A stretch of 64,000 nt of DNA from Candidatus Sungiibacteriota bacterium (lineage in GTDB: Bacteria > Patescibacteriota > Minisyncoccia > Sungbacterales > JACQCQ01). The notes beneath the pieces are model-generated. The model saw only the letters and a program-made list of their open reading frames with translations, had not been told where the DNA came from and made no database searches. A program made the position numbers and the translations under genes. Position 1 is the stretch's first letter. Each line of letters begins with the position of its first letter. The DNA is taken from contig JACQCQ010000002.1 of the NCBI GenBank assembly GCA_016201505.1, positions 144,903 through 208,902 of the forward strand, given 5' to 3'. Positions 26,745 to 40,799 of the stretch are shown here, piece after piece.

Positions 26745-29633
26745 ATGCCCGAATCTAGAATTAAGAATAAAGAATTAGGAATTAGGAATAGTGCGAGAGG
26801 TCAAGGCGATTTTATTCGCATCAGGGGGGCTCGCGTCCATAATTTAAAAAGTGTCGATGTCGACATCCCCAAAAACAAATTAGTGGTCATTACCGGCCTT
26901 TCGGGCTCCGGAAAATCGTCACTCGCCTTTGACACTATTTACGCCGAAGCTGAACGACGGTACGTAGAATCACTTTCAGCCTACGCGCGCCAATTTATCG
27001 GCATATCAGACAAGCCGGATGTTGATTCAATCGAAGGACTCTCGCCCGCCATCGCCATCGATCAAAAAAGTGTTCCGCGAAATCCGCGTTCTACCGTCGG
27101 GACTATTACCGAAATCTACGACTATCTCCGAATTATTTTTGCGCGGGTTGGAAAGGCACATTGCCCGTCATGCGCCAAACCGATTGGAAGACAGACGGTC
27201 GGCCAGATCGTGGATCATATATTAAAAGAGAAAAAGTGGTCGGAGGTCCAAGTCTTGGCTCCGCTGGTGCGCGGTAAAAAGGGCGAGCATCGCGGAATCC
27301 TAGAAGAAGTCAAGCGCGCCGGTTTTATTCGCGTCCGGATTGACGGCATTGTACATCGGCTGGAAGAGGCGATTGATTTGCCGATTGATAAACAAAAGAA
27401 GCATTCAATTGAGGTGGTGGTTGATCGGGTTGAAATTGGAAGAGGACTTGAGCGTTCGCGGCTCGCCGATTCTGTCGAGACGGCGTTAAAAATTGGCAAA
27501 GGCCTCGTTATCGTCGCCACGGTCAGCGACAAGCAATCAGTCACAAGCGACAAGGCAAAAGATGAGATTTTCTCCGAGCACTTTGCCTGCCCGGATTGCG
27601 GGATTAATTTATCTGAAATTGAGCCAAGAACGTTTTCATTTAACAGCCCCTATGGCGCCTGTTTCGCGTGCACCGGACTTGGCTCAACGCTTGAGGTTGA
27701 CACCAAATTAGTTTTCCCCAATCCGAAGTTAACGCTGGCGGAAGGTGCGATTGCGCCCTGGTCGCATGCTTCGCATCGCGTAGGCCGTCAATCCTGGTAC
27801 TGGTGGATGTTAGAAGACCTCGCCGATCGGCACAAATTTTCATTGAATAAATCCGTCCAGGATTTGCCGAAGGCCGTAGTGGATTTAGTTTTGCATGGCG
27901 AGAAAAAAAATGCGGCAGAGGGCGAGACAACATTTGAGGGCGTGGTGCCAAATTTAAAACGCAGATGGAAGGAAACGGATTCTGAATGGACACGGGCTGA
28001 GATTGAAAAATATATGCTGATTCAGACGTGTCCGTTATGCCAGGGGCGCCGGCTAAAACCAGAGACTCTAGCAATTACCGTGGCTTTCCGCAACATCGCC
28101 GACATTTCGGAAATGACTGTGCGCGAGTCGCTCGAGTTTTTTTTCGATCTGCCGAAAGAACTTTCAGCTAATGATGCCAAGATCGCCGGACCTTTGGCGA
28201 AAGAAATCCTGAAACGACTTCAGTTTTTGACGAATGTGGGACTGCATTATTTGACGCTCTCGCGTGAATCCACTACGCTCGCCGGCGGCGAGGCGCAGCG
28301 CATTCGACTTGCCACGCAAATCGGCTCGAGGCTCACCGGCGTCATTTATGTTTTAGATGAGCCTTCAATCGGACTTCACGCCGAAGATCATCATAGGCTG
28401 ATCGAGACCTTAAAAGAACTGCGCGATCTTGGGAATACCGTCATTGTGGTTGAACATGATGCCGAAACCATGAGACAGGCGGATTGGATTATTGATTTGG
28501 GTCCGGGTGCGGGCAAACACGGCGGCGAGGTAATTTTTACGGGAGATGCTAAGGCCTTGAGGAGAGCAAAAACTCTTACCGCGGACTATATTTCCGGCCG
28601 CAAAGAAGTTGAGATTAAACATGCGCATCGGAGTGGGAATGGATTGAAACTCGAAATTCTCGGCGCCAAAGAACACAACTTAAAAGATATTGATGTCAAA
28701 ATCCCGCTGGGCATGTTTGTCTCGGTTTCGGGTCCGTCCGGCTCGGGCAAATCAACGCTGATTAACGACATTTTGGCCAAGGCTTTGCTGAAGAGCCTGT
28801 ATCAGGCGCATACGATTCCCGGCCGGCATGATGCGATTGTCGGTCTTGAACATTTAGATAAAGTGGTCGTGGTGGATCAATCGCCGATTGGCAGAACGCC
28901 CAGATCCAATCCCGCGACCTATACCGGAGTTTTTGGTTTGATCCGCGATATTTTTTCCAAAACTGCCGAAGCACGCGCCCGAGGCTATGTTCCCGGCCGG
29001 TTTTCATTTAATGTCAAAGGCGGCCGGTGTGAAGTCTGCGAGGGGCAGGGTGTCAAAAAAATTGAGATGTATTTCTTGCCCGATGTTTATGTGGACTGCG
29101 AGGAGTGCCACGGGAAAAGATACAGCCGCGAGGCGCTTGAGATTTTATATAACGGTAAAAATATTGCTGATGTTTTAGATTTGACGGTTGAAGAGGCGCT
29201 TAGATTCTTTGAGGCTATTCCGGGGATTAAACAAAAGTTAAAGACGCTCTCCGATGTCGGCCTTTCGTATGTAAAGCTTGGCCAATCGGCCACGACGTTA
29301 TCCGGCGGGGAAGCCCAGCGCATTAAATTAGCCGCCGAACTTTCGCGTCGCGACACCGGTAAAACACTTTATATATTGGATGAGCCGACAACCGGACTTC
29401 ACTTTGAAGACATTCGAAAATTGCTCACCGTTTTGCACGCCCTCGCCGACAAAGGCAATACCGTGCTGGTGATTGAGCACAATTTAGACGTCATTCGTAA
29501 TTCAGACTATGTGATTGATTTGGGTCCGGAGGGCGGAGCGGCCGGAGGGGAAGTCGTGGCCGAAGGAACTCCGGCGGAAATTATGGAAATAAAAAACAGT
29601 TTAACCGGGAAGTGGCTGAAGAAAACAGGCTAA
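26745..29633 (+). CDS. uvrA: excinuclease ABC subunit A
   Basis: Two ABC ATPase modules (GLSGSGKSS and GPSGSGKST), zinc-finger Cys pairs, LSGGE signature twice. Start taken at MPESR; the track ORF starts at 26715. Confidence 0.9.
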   Translation: MPESRIKNKELGIRNSARGQGDFIRIRGARVHNLKSVDVDIPKNKLVVITGLSGSGKSSLAFDTIYAEAERRYVESLSAYARQFIGISDKPDVDSIEGLSPAIAIDQKSVPRNPRSTVGTITEIYDYLRIIFARVGKAHCPSCAKPIGRQTVGQIVDHILKEKKWSEVQVLAPLVRGKKGEHRGILEEVKRAGFIRVRIDGIVHRLEEAIDLPIDKQKKHSIEVVVDRVEIGRGLERSRLADSVETALKIGKGLVIVATVSDKQSVTSDKAKDEIFSEHFACPDCGINLSEIEPRTFSFNSPYGACFACTGLGSTLEVDTKLVFPNPKLTLAEGAIAPWSHASHRVGRQSWYWWMLEDLADRHKFSLNKSVQDLPKAVVDLVLHGEKKNAAEGETTFEGVVPNLKRRWKETDSEWTRAEIEKYMLIQTCPLCQGRRLKPETLAITVAFRNIADISEMTVRESLEFFFDLPKELSANDAKIAGPLAKEILKRLQFLTNVGLHYLTLSRESTTLAGGEAQRIRLATQIGSRLTGVIYVLDEPSIGLHAEDHHRLIETLKELRDLGNTVIVVEHDAETMRQADWIIDLGPGAGKHGGEVIFTGDAKALRRAKTLTADYISGRKEVEIKHAHRSGNGLKLEILGAKEHNLKDIDVKIPLGMFVSVSGPSGSGKSTLINDILAKALLKSLYQAHTIPGRHDAIVGLEHLDKVVVVDQSPIGRTPRSNPATYTGVFGLIRDIFSKTAEARARGYVPGRFSFNVKGGRCEVCEGQGVKKIEMYFLPDVYVDCEECHGKRYSREALEILYNGKNIADVLDLTVEEALRFFEAIPGIKQKLKTLSDVGLSYVKLGQSATTLSGGEAQRIKLAAELSRRDTGKTLYILDEPTTGLHFEDIRKLLTVLHALADKGNTVLVIEHNLDVIRNSDYVIDLGPEGGAAGGEVVAEGTPAEIMEIKNSLTGKWLKKTG

Positions 29634-29651
29634 ATCTGATATAGTAAAATT

Positions 29652-30065
29652 ATGAACTGTCCATTTTGTGATCTCGATAAAGAGAAAACTCGTATGCTGG
29701 AAGAAAAGAAACATGTGTTTACTGTTTTAAGCAATCCGCGGCTGATGCCGGGGCATACCCTAGTCATTCCCAAGCGGCATGTTGAAAGGCTATCCGACTT
29801 ATCAAAGGATGAACGCGGTGAGTTATTTGATACAGCTATTGAATATCAAAATAAAATATTAGAAAAAGTTGCTTCCGGCTGCGATATCAACCAGCACCAT
29901 CGACCCTTTCTTTCACAAAGCAAGTTAAAAGTGAACCACTTGCATATCCATCTGCGTCCGCGCGAGTTTAAGGATACGTTATATGAGACAAGCCAAAAGT
30001 TTGAGGTATTTGAGGATCTGACAAGAGAAGAGGGGGGTAAGTTTGTCGAAATACTAAGCCATTGA
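29652..30065 (+). CDS. HIT-family (histidine triad) protein
   Basis: HLHIHL histidine-triad motif. N-terminal CPFC. Confidence 0.7.
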   Translation: MNCPFCDLDKEKTRMLEEKKHVFTVLSNPRLMPGHTLVIPKRHVERLSDLSKDERGELFDTAIEYQNKILEKVASGCDINQHHRPFLSQSKLKVNHLHIHLRPREFKDTLYETSQKFEVFEDLTREEGGKFVEILSH

Positions 30066-30375
30066 TGCTCGTCCATTTACACCAACTCTCTATGTGTGCT
30101 TCTATACTCTAGGGAGGTAAGATAATGGCAATTGCAATGTGCCTGTTCTGCGAAAAACTGGTTACGACGGGCAGTGCACTAATCGTACTGAAAGGGAACT
30201 TGCTGAGTGACGGTAAGTTCGAGGCTCGCGATCAAGCCGGTTACCTTCATGAGAGATGTGCAGAGCGCGGGTCATCAGGCATCGATCTAGAATCATTTCC
30301 GATTACCTTTGCGCCCATTCGGTAGGGTCGGCAGTGGCTTTCAGCACTACGCTGGGGCCACTGCCATTTTGTATC

Positions 30376-30403
30376 TTGACGAATCAATTCGACTTGCGCT
30401 ATA
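30376..30403 (+). promoter_or_regulatory. sigma70-like promoter TTGACG-N18-TATATT for groES
   Basis: -35 at 30376-30381 and -10 at 30398-30403, immediately followed by CIRCE. Confidence 0.55.
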
Positions 30404-30430
30404 TTAGCAGTCGATAAAGTTGAGTGCTAA
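30404..30430 (+). promoter_or_regulatory. CIRCE operator (TTAGCAGTC-N9-GAGTGCTAA), the HrcA binding site
   Basis: One mismatch from the TTAGCACTC-N9-GAGTGCTAA consensus, in the classical position downstream of the groES promoter. Confidence 0.8.
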
Positions 30431-30443
30431 TCTTTTAATTAAA

Positions 30444-30521
30444 GCTGACAGTCTGCCGACTACCGTCTACAGCCCCGCCTGGTATGTGCTGTAGTCTATA
30501 GTCTGTCGTCTGTAGACAGAC
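30444..30521 (+). promoter_or_regulatory. GACTACAG/GTCTACAG-word structured leader element, groES copy
   Basis: GCTGACAGTCTGCCGACTACCGTCTACAGC...GCTGTAGTCTATAGTCTGTCGTCTGTAGACAGAC. Self-complementary words GTCTACAG/CTGTAGAC, ending 3 nt before the ATG. Confidence 0.5.
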
Positions 30522-30523
30522 AA

Positions 30524-30820
30524 ATGAACATCAAGCCGCTTGGCGACAGGGTGGTGATTCTGCCTTTGTCCGATACGAAAGAAGGAAAAACTAAGTCCGG
30601 CCTGTATCTGCCCGATACGGCCTCAAAAGAACGACCGGAAAAAGGCGAAATCATAGCGGTTGGCCCGGGCAAAATGGATGACGCGGGGAAACGGATGCCG
30701 ATTGGCTTGAAGCGGGGCGACGTCGTTTTGTTTACCAAATACGGACCGCAGGAAATAAAAATCGATGGAAAAGAGTACTTGATCGCGCGGGAAGACGATG
30801 TCATCGCGATTGTAGAGTAA
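30524..30820 (+). CDS. groES: co-chaperonin GroES
   Basis: 98 aa. MNIKPLGDRVV..., mobile-loop and beta-barrel pattern. Confidence 0.9.
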   Translation: MNIKPLGDRVVILPLSDTKEGKTKSGLYLPDTASKERPEKGEIIAVGPGKMDDAGKRMPIGLKRGDVVLFTKYGPQEIKIDGKEYLIAREDDVIAIVE

Positions 30821-30845
30821 TCGCTAATATACAAATTAAGACCGA

Positions 30846-32627
<1,782 letters not shown>

Positions 32628-32630
32628 ATC

Positions 32631-32656
32631 AAAAACGGCGCTTGGCGCCGTTTTTG
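32631..32656 (+). terminator. rho-independent terminator after groEL (AAAACGGCGCTTGGCGCCGTTTTT)
   Basis: Perfect 8-bp GC-rich stem followed by a T-run. Confidence 0.8.
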
Positions 32657-32696
32657 TTATTGCCGGGCTTGACGTAAGGTTTATACTTAAAGAGTT

Positions 32697-33245
32697 ATGT
32701 TGATGTATATTCTTTTAGCTATTATCGCAATCGTCGTTATCTGGCTTGTCGCGGCCTTTAACGGGCTCGTACGGACACGCAATCAATCGGATGAAGCCTG
32801 GTCGGACATTGAGGTGCAGTTAAAACGCCGGCATGATTTGATCCCGAATGTAGTCAATGCGGTGAAAGGCTATGCGGCGCATGAGAGCGGGGTCTTCCAA
32901 AAAGTAACGGAGGCCAGGACGAGAGCCATGGGTGCGCAAAATCCGGCAGAAAAAGAAGCGGCGGAAAATATGCTTTCTGGAACTTTGAAATCATTGTTTG
33001 CGGTTGCCGAAAACTACCCGGATTTAAAAGCCAATGCAAACTTTCTGGAACTGCAGCGCGAGTTGTCGGATACGGAAAATAAAATTCAGGCAGCGCGAAG
33101 ATTTTATAATACTAACGTGCTGGCGTTAAACACCAAGATTGACACCTTCCCGACTAACCTGATTGCGAGTGGATTCGGATTTTTGAAAAAGAACTTTTTC
33201 CAATCAGACGAGGGAGAAACGGCTCTGCCGGAGGTTAGGTTTTAG
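32697..33245 (+). CDS. LemA-family membrane protein
   Basis: N-terminal TM. LVRTRNQSDEAWSDIEVQLKRRHDLIPN core of the LemA family. Confidence 0.75.
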   Translation: MLMYILLAIIAIVVIWLVAAFNGLVRTRNQSDEAWSDIEVQLKRRHDLIPNVVNAVKGYAAHESGVFQKVTEARTRAMGAQNPAEKEAAENMLSGTLKSLFAVAENYPDLKANANFLELQRELSDTENKIQAARRFYNTNVLALNTKIDTFPTNLIASGFGFLKKNFFQSDEGETALPEVRF

Positions 33246-33280
33246 AAACTTTGATGTCGCCCAATACCATGTGCTGACGC

Positions 33281-33308
33281 TTGACAACACATCTGGCGGG
33301 ACTATAAT
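33281..33308 (+). promoter_or_regulatory. consensus sigma70 promoter TTGACA-N16-TATAAT, about 350 nt upstream of rpoB
   Basis: Perfect -35 and -10 hexamers read from the sequence. Confidence 0.55.
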
Positions 33309-33665
33309 TAGTCCAATATCAATTTTTGCCCAATGCGGGCCGAAAATGGTAGGAATAACTTTTAAGACGTACTTATTTTGCGAAGCCGGTAACTAATCGC
33401 AAAAAAATTGCAAAAACCCTAAAGACGGAGGGCGTTTTGTTTGGTGTTTTATTTTTGTGCCCCCGCACCAACTTGTTGAGGTTAAATACGACTGCAACGG
33501 TTAAAAATATATTTGGTGTGAAGGGACGTGCGTAGTCCGAATTCCTACGCTCATACTTTTCGAAGTCCATTCGTATTTTGGGTTACTAATCTAATCGTGT
33601 ATGCGTTGTGAGTGCCGTCCGGCGGAAATCGCAGGATGGCGGGATCGGGGCGCATGCAGACTCAT

Positions 33666-36600
33666 ATGGAAAAAATGACGAAAAAGTATTTCTCTCGTTT
33701 TCGTAAACCGATTCATGAACTCCCGCTACTTTCTGAAGTACAGCTCAACTCATACAACTGGTTTTTTAAAAAAGGCTTAAAAGAACTTTTCGATGAAATC
33801 TCGCCCATTCAGGACTACACCAATAAAGAGCTCTCGCTCGAGTTTCTGGACTACTATCTAGACGAACCAAAGTATAGCGAGGCCGAAGCTAAATCACGCA
33901 ACCTTTCATTTGAAGCGGCTCTTCGTGTGCGCGCGAAACTAACCAATAAAAGAACGGGCGAGGTGAAAGAGCAGGAAATTTATTTGGGGGACTTTCCCAT
34001 CATGACGCCCCGAGGCACGTTTGTGGTAAACGGCGTTGAGCGCGTGGTTGTTTCGCAACTCATCCGTTCTTCGGGGGTCTACTTCACCCTAAATCAGACA
34101 CGGGGCCGGAAATTTTATGGCGCCAAAATCATCCCGAACCGAGGCGCCTGGCTGGAGTTTGAGACCGAAAGCGACGGCACGATTGTGGCCAAAATCGACC
34201 GGCGCCGAAAGATTTCGGTCTCGGCCCTGCTGCGAGTATTCGGTATGGCCGAAAATGATAAAATCCTCGAGACATTCAAAAACTCGGAAAAAGGCGAAAT
34301 TAATTTCATTAAAAAGACGCTTGAGAAAGATTCAACCAAAAATCGCGACGAAGCCTATATCGAAGTCTACAAGCGTATTCGCCCCGGTGATTTGGCTACG
34401 GTTGATAACGCCAGGACTCTAATTGACTCGATGTTTTCATTCGAGCGCTATGACTTGGCTGAAGTCGGACGATATAAATTTAATCAGCGACTTAATCTTT
34501 CCGCCAAAGATTATAAGAATGAAGAGGCGCGGATTTTAACCTTAGAGGATTTAATTGCGGTCGTTTCCGAAATTGTCGACATGAATAATTCGCAGGAGGC
34601 GCCGGCCGATGATATTGATGCCCTGGGGAATCGGCGTGTTCGCGGTGTCGGTGAATTGATGCAGCAAAAACTGCGCATTGGCATGGCGCGCATGGCACGC
34701 ATTGTGCGAGACCGCATGTCGACTTTGGATATTTACACGCTGACTCCGGCGCAATTAATCAACGCTCGTCCGTTTATTGCATCTCTCAAAGAATTCTTCA
34801 CTTCGTCTCAACTCTCCCAATTCATGGATCAGATTAATCCATTGTCCGAATTGGAACATGAGCGCAGGCTTTCAGCTTTAGGTCCCGGAGGACTGGCCCG
34901 CGAGCGCGCCGGTTTTGAGGTGCGAGACGTGCACACCACTCACTACGGCCGCATCTGCCCGATCCAAACACCCGAAGGTCCAAACATTGGTCTGGTGGGC
35001 CATTTAGCCAGCTATGCTCGGATTAATGACCTGGGCTTAATTGAGACGCCGTATGTCAAAGTAGAGAAAGGAAAAATTGGGACAGAAGTTATTTATATGA
35101 ATGCTTCAGCCGAGGCCCAGCATGTTATTGCGCACGCCTCGACCCTGGTCGAGAACGGAGAGATTATTGAAGACAAGGTTGAAGCGCGTATGGCTGGGCA
35201 GCCCTCGCTGGTTGAAAAAGCCAGAGTTGACTTCATGGACGTCTCACATCAACAGGCAATCAGCATCGCCACAAGTTTGATTCCATTTGTTGAGCACGAT
35301 GACGCCAACCGCGCCATGATGGGATCGAATATGCAGCGACAAGCCGTTCCTTTAATTACACCCGAGCTTCCGCTGGTCTCAACAGGCATTGAAGCCCGTG
35401 CGGCGCGAGATTCGGGCCGCGTTTTGATGGCCGAGGAAGACGGAGAAATTACGGAAGTTGATGCACGGCACATTGTTTTAAAATCCGATAAAACCAGAAA
35501 ATCAAAAGAATATTTACTGAACACTTTTCTTCGCACCAATCAGTCAACGGCGGTTCGCCAGAAAGTTCGCGTGACACGAGGGTTAAAAGTGAAAAAGGGA
35601 GAGGTCTTGGCCGATAGCTCGTCCACTGACCACGGCGAATTGGCTCTGGGGAAAAATTTAGTTGTCGCCTTTCTTTCGTGGGAAGGAAATAATTATGAAG
35701 ACGCTATTATCATCAATGAAAAGTTGGTTCGCGAAGATTCATTTACCTCAATCCATATCGAAGACTATTCAATCGCCGTGCGCGACACAAAGCTTGGGGC
35801 GGAAGTCACTTCCGCCGACATTCCAAACGTCGGTGAAGCCGCGCTCCGTAACCTCGACGAGTCAGGTGTTGTTCGCATCGGCGCTGAAGTCAGATCGGGC
35901 GATATCCTGGTTGGAAAAATTACACCGAAAGGAGAAGCTGACCTAACTCCCGAAGAGAGATTGCTGCGCGCCATTTTTGGTGAGAAGGCCAAAGATGTCA
36001 AAGATACCTCACTCCGCCTGCCGCATGGTAAACGCGGCCGTGTGGTCGGTATTCGCGAGTTTTCTCGCGAGCTTGGCGACAAGCTAGAGTCTGGCGTTAT
36101 TAAGCAGGTTCAGGTTGAAGTGGCCCAACTGCGCAAAATTTCGGTTGGGGATAAATTAGCCGGGCGACATGGAAACAAAGGCGTGATCGCACGGATCCTG
36201 GCCGAAGAAGATATGCCGTATCTGGCCGACGGTACGCCGGTGGATATTATTTTAAATCCCTTAGGCGTCGTTTCGCGCATGAATATTGGGCAAATCCTTG
36301 AGACGCATTTAGGTTGGGCGGGGAAGGTTCTCGGGTATCAAGCCATTACGCCGGCTTTGGCGGGTGCCGAGGAGGGCGAGATTAAGGCGGAATTAAAGAA
36401 GGCGAATTTACCGGAAGACGGCAAAGTAATTTTGTATGACGGAAAAACCGGTGAGACTTTTAGCCAGAAAGTGACGGTCGGCTGCATCTACATGCTGAAG
36501 TTAAATCACTTAGTTGAGGATAAAATCCATATGCGTTCGATTGGCCCCTATTCGTTAATTACGCAGCAGCCATTGGGGGGCAAGGCCCAATTTGGTGGTC

Positions 36601-36905
36601 AGCGATTCGGCGAAATGGAAGTCTGGGCGTTGGAAGGTTATGGCGCCGCATATACCCTGCAGGAAATGCTGACGATTAAATCTGATGACGTACAGGGAAG
36701 ATCAGCTACCTACGAAGCCATTATTAATGGCGAGAAAATTCAGAGTCCCAATTTGCCGGCGTCATTTAATGTCTTAGTCAATGAATTAAAAGGGCTTTGT
36801 CTTGATGTTCACTTAATTGAAAAGAAAGAAGAGGTTGTTCCTGATGCTGAATTCATACGGTCGAAGGGTGAGATTCAAGCCAAAGAAAGGGTGTCAGCCA
36901 AATAA
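33666..36905 (+). CDS. rpoB: DNA-directed RNA polymerase beta subunit
   Basis: Start chosen at [12 protein letters not shown]; earlier in-frame ATGs exist from 33612. Full-length beta-subunit conserved regions. Confidence 0.9.
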   Translation: MEKMTKKYFSRFRKPIHELPLLSEVQLNSYNWFFKKGLKELFDEISPIQDYTNKELSLEFLDYYLDEPKYSEAEAKSRNLSFEAALRVRAKLTNKRTGEVKEQEIYLGDFPIMTPRGTFVVNGVERVVVSQLIRSSGVYFTLNQTRGRKFYGAKIIPNRGAWLEFETESDGTIVAKIDRRRKISVSALLRVFGMAENDKILETFKNSEKGEINFIKKTLEKDSTKNRDEAYIEVYKRIRPGDLATVDNARTLIDSMFSFERYDLAEVGRYKFNQRLNLSAKDYKNEEARILTLEDLIAVVSEIVDMNNSQEAPADDIDALGNRRVRGVGELMQQKLRIGMARMARIVRDRMSTLDIYTLTPAQLINARPFIASLKEFFTSSQLSQFMDQINPLSELEHERRLSALGPGGLARERAGFEVRDVHTTHYGRICPIQTPEGPNIGLVGHLASYARINDLGLIETPYVKVEKGKIGTEVIYMNASAEAQHVIAHASTLVENGEIIEDKVEARMAGQPSLVEKARVDFMDVSHQQAISIATSLIPFVEHDDANRAMMGSNMQRQAVPLITPELPLVSTGIEARAARDSGRVLMAEEDGEITEVDARHIVLKSDKTRKSKEYLLNTFLRTNQSTAVRQKVRVTRGLKVKKGEVLADSSSTDHGELALGKNLVVAFLSWEGNNYEDAIIINEKLVREDSFTSIHIEDYSIAVRDTKLGAEVTSADIPNVGEAALRNLDESGVVRIGAEVRSGDILVGKITPKGEADLTPEERLLRAIFGEKAKDVKDTSLRLPHGKRGRVVGIREFSRELGDKLESGVIKQVQVEVAQLRKISVGDKLAGRHGNKGVIARILAEEDMPYLADGTPVDIILNPLGVVSRMNIGQILETHLGWAGKVLGYQAITPALAGAEEGEIKAELKKANLPEDGKVILYDGKTGETFSQKVTVGCIYMLKLNHLVEDKIHMRSIGPYSLITQQPLGGKAQFGGQRFGEMEVWALEGYGAAYTLQEMLTIKSDDVQGRSATYEAIINGEKIQSPNLPASFNVLVNELKGLCLDVHLIEKKEEVVPDAEFIRSKGEIQAKERVSAK

Positions 36906-36983
36906 TTATTTGCTAATTATACACGCTCGCTAAAGCTCGTGATGGCTTGCCATCCGAAGCTTGAAGCGAAGCGAAAGCGAAGG

Positions 36984-39900
36984 ATGGAAGCAAAAATTAA
37001 AGATTTTGAAGGCATCAGTCTGCGGCTGGCTTCACCCGATGTTATTCTCTCCTGGTCGCATGGAGAAGTGACAAAGCCCGAGACCGTAAACTATCGCACC
37101 AACCGTGCCGAACGCGACGGTTTGTTTGATGAGCGCATTTTCGGCCCGGCCAAAGACTGGGAATGCTATTGCGGAAAATACCGCCGTATTCGGTATAAGG
37201 GCATTGTTTGCGAAAAATGCGGTGTCGAAGTGACTCGCTCGATCGTGCGGCGTGAACGCATGGGGCATATTAAACTCGCTGCTCCCGTTTCGCATATTTG
37301 GTTCCTGCGCGGTGTGCCCTCAAAAATCGGATTGATCCTTGATATGTCGGTATCGGACTTGGAGAAAGTGATTTATTTTGCGGGCTATATTATTACCTTC
37401 GTTGATACGAGATCCCAAGCTGAAGCGCTCGAGAATATCGAGCGCGAATATAAGCTGAAGATCAAAAAAGCCGATAAGGCGGAACTTACAAGATTGAAAG
37501 AGGCCAAAGACCGGGCACGGGATGAATTACGGTCGCTTGACGTGCACCGCGTCATTTCCGAAGTTGAGTATCACCGCCTGTCTCTGAAATACGGTAACGT
37601 CTTTTCGGCTGAAATCGGCTCCGAGGCTCTGCGGAAAATTATGAACGGCGTGGATCTGGCAAAATTGGAGCGCGAATTAAATATAGAACTTGATACCGCC
37701 ACCCCGCTCGCGAAAAAGAAGATTTTGAAGCGGCTCAAAGTCATCCGCGGCATGATCCAGGCCGGTATTCGGCCGGAGTGGATGTTTTTGTCGGTCATTC
37801 CCGTGATTCCACCTGACCTTCGCCCTATGGTCCAACTCGATGGCGGTCGATTTGCGACCTCCGATCTCAATGATTTATACCGGCGCGTCATCAATCGCAA
37901 TAACCGCTTAAAGCGGCTGTTTGAATTAAAAGCGCCTGAAGTCATTACGCGAAATGAAAAACGTATGCTGCAGGAGGCGGTTGATGCCTTAATCGATAAC
38001 TCAATTCGGCGCGGCAATCAGCCCGTCGCTTCTCAAGTCCAGCGTCGTCCGCTGCGCTCACTGGCCGACATGCTAAAAGGCAAGCAGGGACGCTTCCGCC
38101 AGAATTTACTCGGCAAGCGTGTTGACTATTCGGGCCGCTCGGTGATTGTGGTTGGGCCGGATCTCAAATTGCATGAGTGCGGCCTGCCAAAAAAGATGGC
38201 GCTTGAGCTCTTTAAGCCATTTGTCATTCGCCGGCTACTTGAACTTGAAATCGCACACAATATTCGTGGTGCGGGGAAGCTGATTGAAGAGCGGCCGCCG
38301 GAGGTCTGGGCAATTTTGGAAGAAGTTATCCAGGGGAAGTATGTCTTATTAAACCGCGCGCCGACATTGCACCGCTTGGGCATTCAGGCCTTCCAGCCGG
38401 TTTTGATCGAAGGCGACGCCATTCAGATCCACCCGCTTGTCTGCCGGGCATTCAACGCGGACTTTGACGGCGATCAAATGGCAGTCCATGTGCCATTGAC
38501 CGAAGAGGCTCAAGCGGAGGCTCAGAGCATCATGCTTTCTTCGCACAACTTACTAAAACCCGCCACCGGTACACCGATCGTCCACCATGATAAAGACATG
38601 GTGCTGGGTTGCTACTGGGCAACACTGATTGTCCCAGGGGCGAAGGGCGAGGGAAAAATTTTCAGCTCCGAACCGGAAGCGGCCCTGGCCTATGATTTTG
38701 GCCATATTGAACTTGGTTCAAAAATTAAGGTTCGCCTGCCAAAAGAAAAAATCTATAGTGAGGCCATAAAAAAGGAGGACCAGGCTAAGGAGGAAATCAT
38801 CGAGACGTCAGTCGGCCGGCTGTTGTTTAATCGCACGCTTCCACCGGAACACGAGTTTGTAAATACAGAAATGACCTCGAAAAATTTGGAGAACGTTGTG
38901 TCCACGCTTATCAAGCAAAACGGGGCAGAAGAAGCTCCCGAAATTCTTGACCGAATTAAAAATTTTGGCTTTGCCTATGCCACGAAATCAGGCATCTCCT
39001 GGGGCATGGATGATTTGCAGGTTCCCAAAGAAAAACCCGCTTTAATTGAAAATGCGAAACATGAAGTTGAGGCCATTGATATCGAGTATCAAACCGGGTT
39101 ACTGACCGAGCGCGAACGCTATGAGCGCGTGGTTGGAGTCTGGAGAGACGCCATGGACAAAATTAAAGCTGCGACTCCCTTAAGCCTCGACCCTCGATCG
39201 GGCCCGGCCATGATGATGACTTCGAAAGCCCGCGGCACGATTGAAAACTTAACCCAGATTTCGGGTATGAAGGGCCTCGTCCGGAACCCATCCGGCCGCA
39301 TTATCGAGCTGCCCGTCATCTCTTCCTACAAAGAGGGACTGAACGTACTTGAATATTTCATCTCCACGCACGGTGCGCGAAAAGGAACGGCCGACACCGC
39401 CCTGCGAACCGCCAAAGCCGGCTATCTGACACGGCGGCTGGTTGACGTCTCACAGGATCTCGTGATTACCGAAGAAGACTGCAAAACAGAAAAAGGTCTG
39501 ATGATTCTGGCCAAAGACTCGGAAGATATTGGCCGGGCCTTATCGCTTAGAATCTTTTCTCGAGTCTTGGCCGCTGATGCCAAAGACGCAAAAAATAAAG
39601 TTATTGCCAAAGCCGGCAGCTATATCAGCGAGGAGCTCGCCAAAACGATTGAAGTCTCGGGGGCAGAGCGTGTCCACGTGAGATCCCCCATCACCTGCCG
39701 CAGTCTGCGTGGAATTTGTCAAAAGTGCTATGGCTATGATTTAGGTAAAAACGTCTCCATCGGTATTGGCGAGGCCATTGGCATCGTTGCCGCTCAAGCC
39801 ATCGGCGAGCCGGGAACGCAACTTACGATGCGCACCTTCCATGTTGGCGGCGTTGCGGGGGCATCTGACATAACTTTGGGCTTGCCCCGGGTTGATGAAG

Positions 39901-40676
39901 TCTTTGAGGTGCGCCCGCCGCGAGGCAAGGCTATCGTATCTGACGTTTCAGGTATCGTTGAAGACATTACTGAAATCAGCCGCGAACGGGTCATTCGGAT
40001 TGGCATCCTGCCCGACGCCCAAGTAACGATAAAAAAACGCGGCCAGAAAAAGGCGGCGGTCTTAGAGGACATAAAAGAATTCCGCGTCCCGTCTCACGTT
40101 ACGCTCTATGCCAAAAAGGGGGACGCAATTACCAAGGGGGATATTCTGACGGAAGGACATGCTGACCTGAAGGAATTGATGAAATATGCCGGGATCAGCC
40201 GCGTGCAGGACTATATCATTAAAGAAATTCAGAAAATTTATTCTCTCCAGGGGGCGCCCATTCACGATAAGCACATCGAGGTCATTGTCAGACAAATGTT
40301 TTCGCGCGTGCGCATCAAAGACGCGGGTGATACGGCATTCACGACAGGCGAGATCGTTGAAAAGATTCGCTTCCGCGAGGAAAAGCGCCGCATGGAACGT
40401 GCAAAAAAGAATCCTCCCGCCGCCGCGCAGCTTCTGCTTGGCATTACAAAAGTGGCTCTTACCACCGACAGTTTCTTGTCTGCCGCATCCTTTCAGGAAA
40501 CCGCGCGAGTATTGATCAATGCGGCCATTGAGGGGAAAAAAGATTCGCTCCGCGGGCTTAAAGAAAACGTCATTATCGGACGTTTGATTCCAGCCGGAAC
40601 TGGCTATAAAGTAAAACGCAAAGAGCATATGACGCCAATCCGCTCCCACGAAGAAAAAGAGGCGCTGAAAAAATAA
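36984..40676 (+). CDS. rpoC: DNA-directed RNA polymerase beta' subunit
   Basis: Start at [20 protein letters not shown]. Zn-binding CxxC...CxxC and NADFDGD catalytic motif. Confidence 0.9.
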   Translation: MEAKIKDFEGISLRLASPDVILSWSHGEVTKPETVNYRTNRAERDGLFDERIFGPAKDWECYCGKYRRIRYKGIVCEKCGVEVTRSIVRRERMGHIKLAAPVSHIWFLRGVPSKIGLILDMSVSDLEKVIYFAGYIITFVDTRSQAEALENIEREYKLKIKKADKAELTRLKEAKDRARDELRSLDVHRVISEVEYHRLSLKYGNVFSAEIGSEALRKIMNGVDLAKLERELNIELDTATPLAKKKILKRLKVIRGMIQAGIRPEWMFLSVIPVIPPDLRPMVQLDGGRFATSDLNDLYRRVINRNNRLKRLFELKAPEVITRNEKRMLQEAVDALIDNSIRRGNQPVASQVQRRPLRSLADMLKGKQGRFRQNLLGKRVDYSGRSVIVVGPDLKLHECGLPKKMALELFKPFVIRRLLELEIAHNIRGAGKLIEERPPEVWAILEEVIQGKYVLLNRAPTLHRLGIQAFQPVLIEGDAIQIHPLVCRAFNADFDGDQMAVHVPLTEEAQAEAQSIMLSSHNLLKPATGTPIVHHDKDMVLGCYWATLIVPGAKGEGKIFSSEPEAALAYDFGHIELGSKIKVRLPKEKIYSEAIKKEDQAKEEIIETSVGRLLFNRTLPPEHEFVNTEMTSKNLENVVSTLIKQNGAEEAPEILDRIKNFGFAYATKSGISWGMDDLQVPKEKPALIENAKHEVEAIDIEYQTGLLTERERYERVVGVWRDAMDKIKAATPLSLDPRSGPAMMMTSKARGTIENLTQISGMKGLVRNPSGRIIELPVISSYKEGLNVLEYFISTHGARKGTADTALRTAKAGYLTRRLVDVSQDLVITEEDCKTEKGLMILAKDSEDIGRALSLRIFSRVLAADAKDAKNKVIAKAGSYISEELAKTIEVSGAERVHVRSPITCRSLRGICQKCYGYDLGKNVSIGIGEAIGIVAAQAIGEPGTQLTMRTFHVGGVAGASDITLGLPRVDEVFEVRPPRGKAIVSDVSGIVEDITEISRERVIRIGILPDAQVTIKKRGQKKAAVLEDIKEFRVPSHVTLYAKKGDAITKGDILTEGHADLKELMKYAGISRVQDYIIKEIQKIYSLQGAPIHDKHIEVIVRQMFSRVRIKDAGDTAFTTGEIVEKIRFREEKRRMERAKKNPPAAAQLLLGITKVALTTDSFLSAASFQETARVLINAAIEGKKDSLRGLKENVIIGRLIPAGTGYKVKRKEHMTPIRSHEEKEALKK

Positions 40677-40681
40677 ATAAA

Positions 40682-40714
40682 AAGAAGTCCCGACGTTGGC
40701 GGGACTTCTTTTTA
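40682..40714 (+). terminator. rho-independent terminator after rpoC (AGAAGTCCCG-ACGTTGG-CGGGACTTCT followed by a T-run)
   Basis: 10-bp stem followed by a T-run. Confidence 0.8.
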
Positions 40715-40799
40715 TGGACCGCTGCTGATTGACCGCGGAGGCTATTTTTGAGTCCTTTAAAAGATGATAGACTGGTAATTATCACGACCTGGCTGATCT

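Noticed and set aside
30125-30325. 66-aa ORF between the HIT gene and the groES promoter
   Set aside because: No homology features. It lies just upstream of the promoter and CIRCE region. It is more likely non-coding, although a small protein cannot be excluded.
33373-33570. 65-aa minus-strand ORF in the rpoB upstream region
   Set aside because: No features. It is antisense to the region transcribed from the consensus promoter and is likely spurious.
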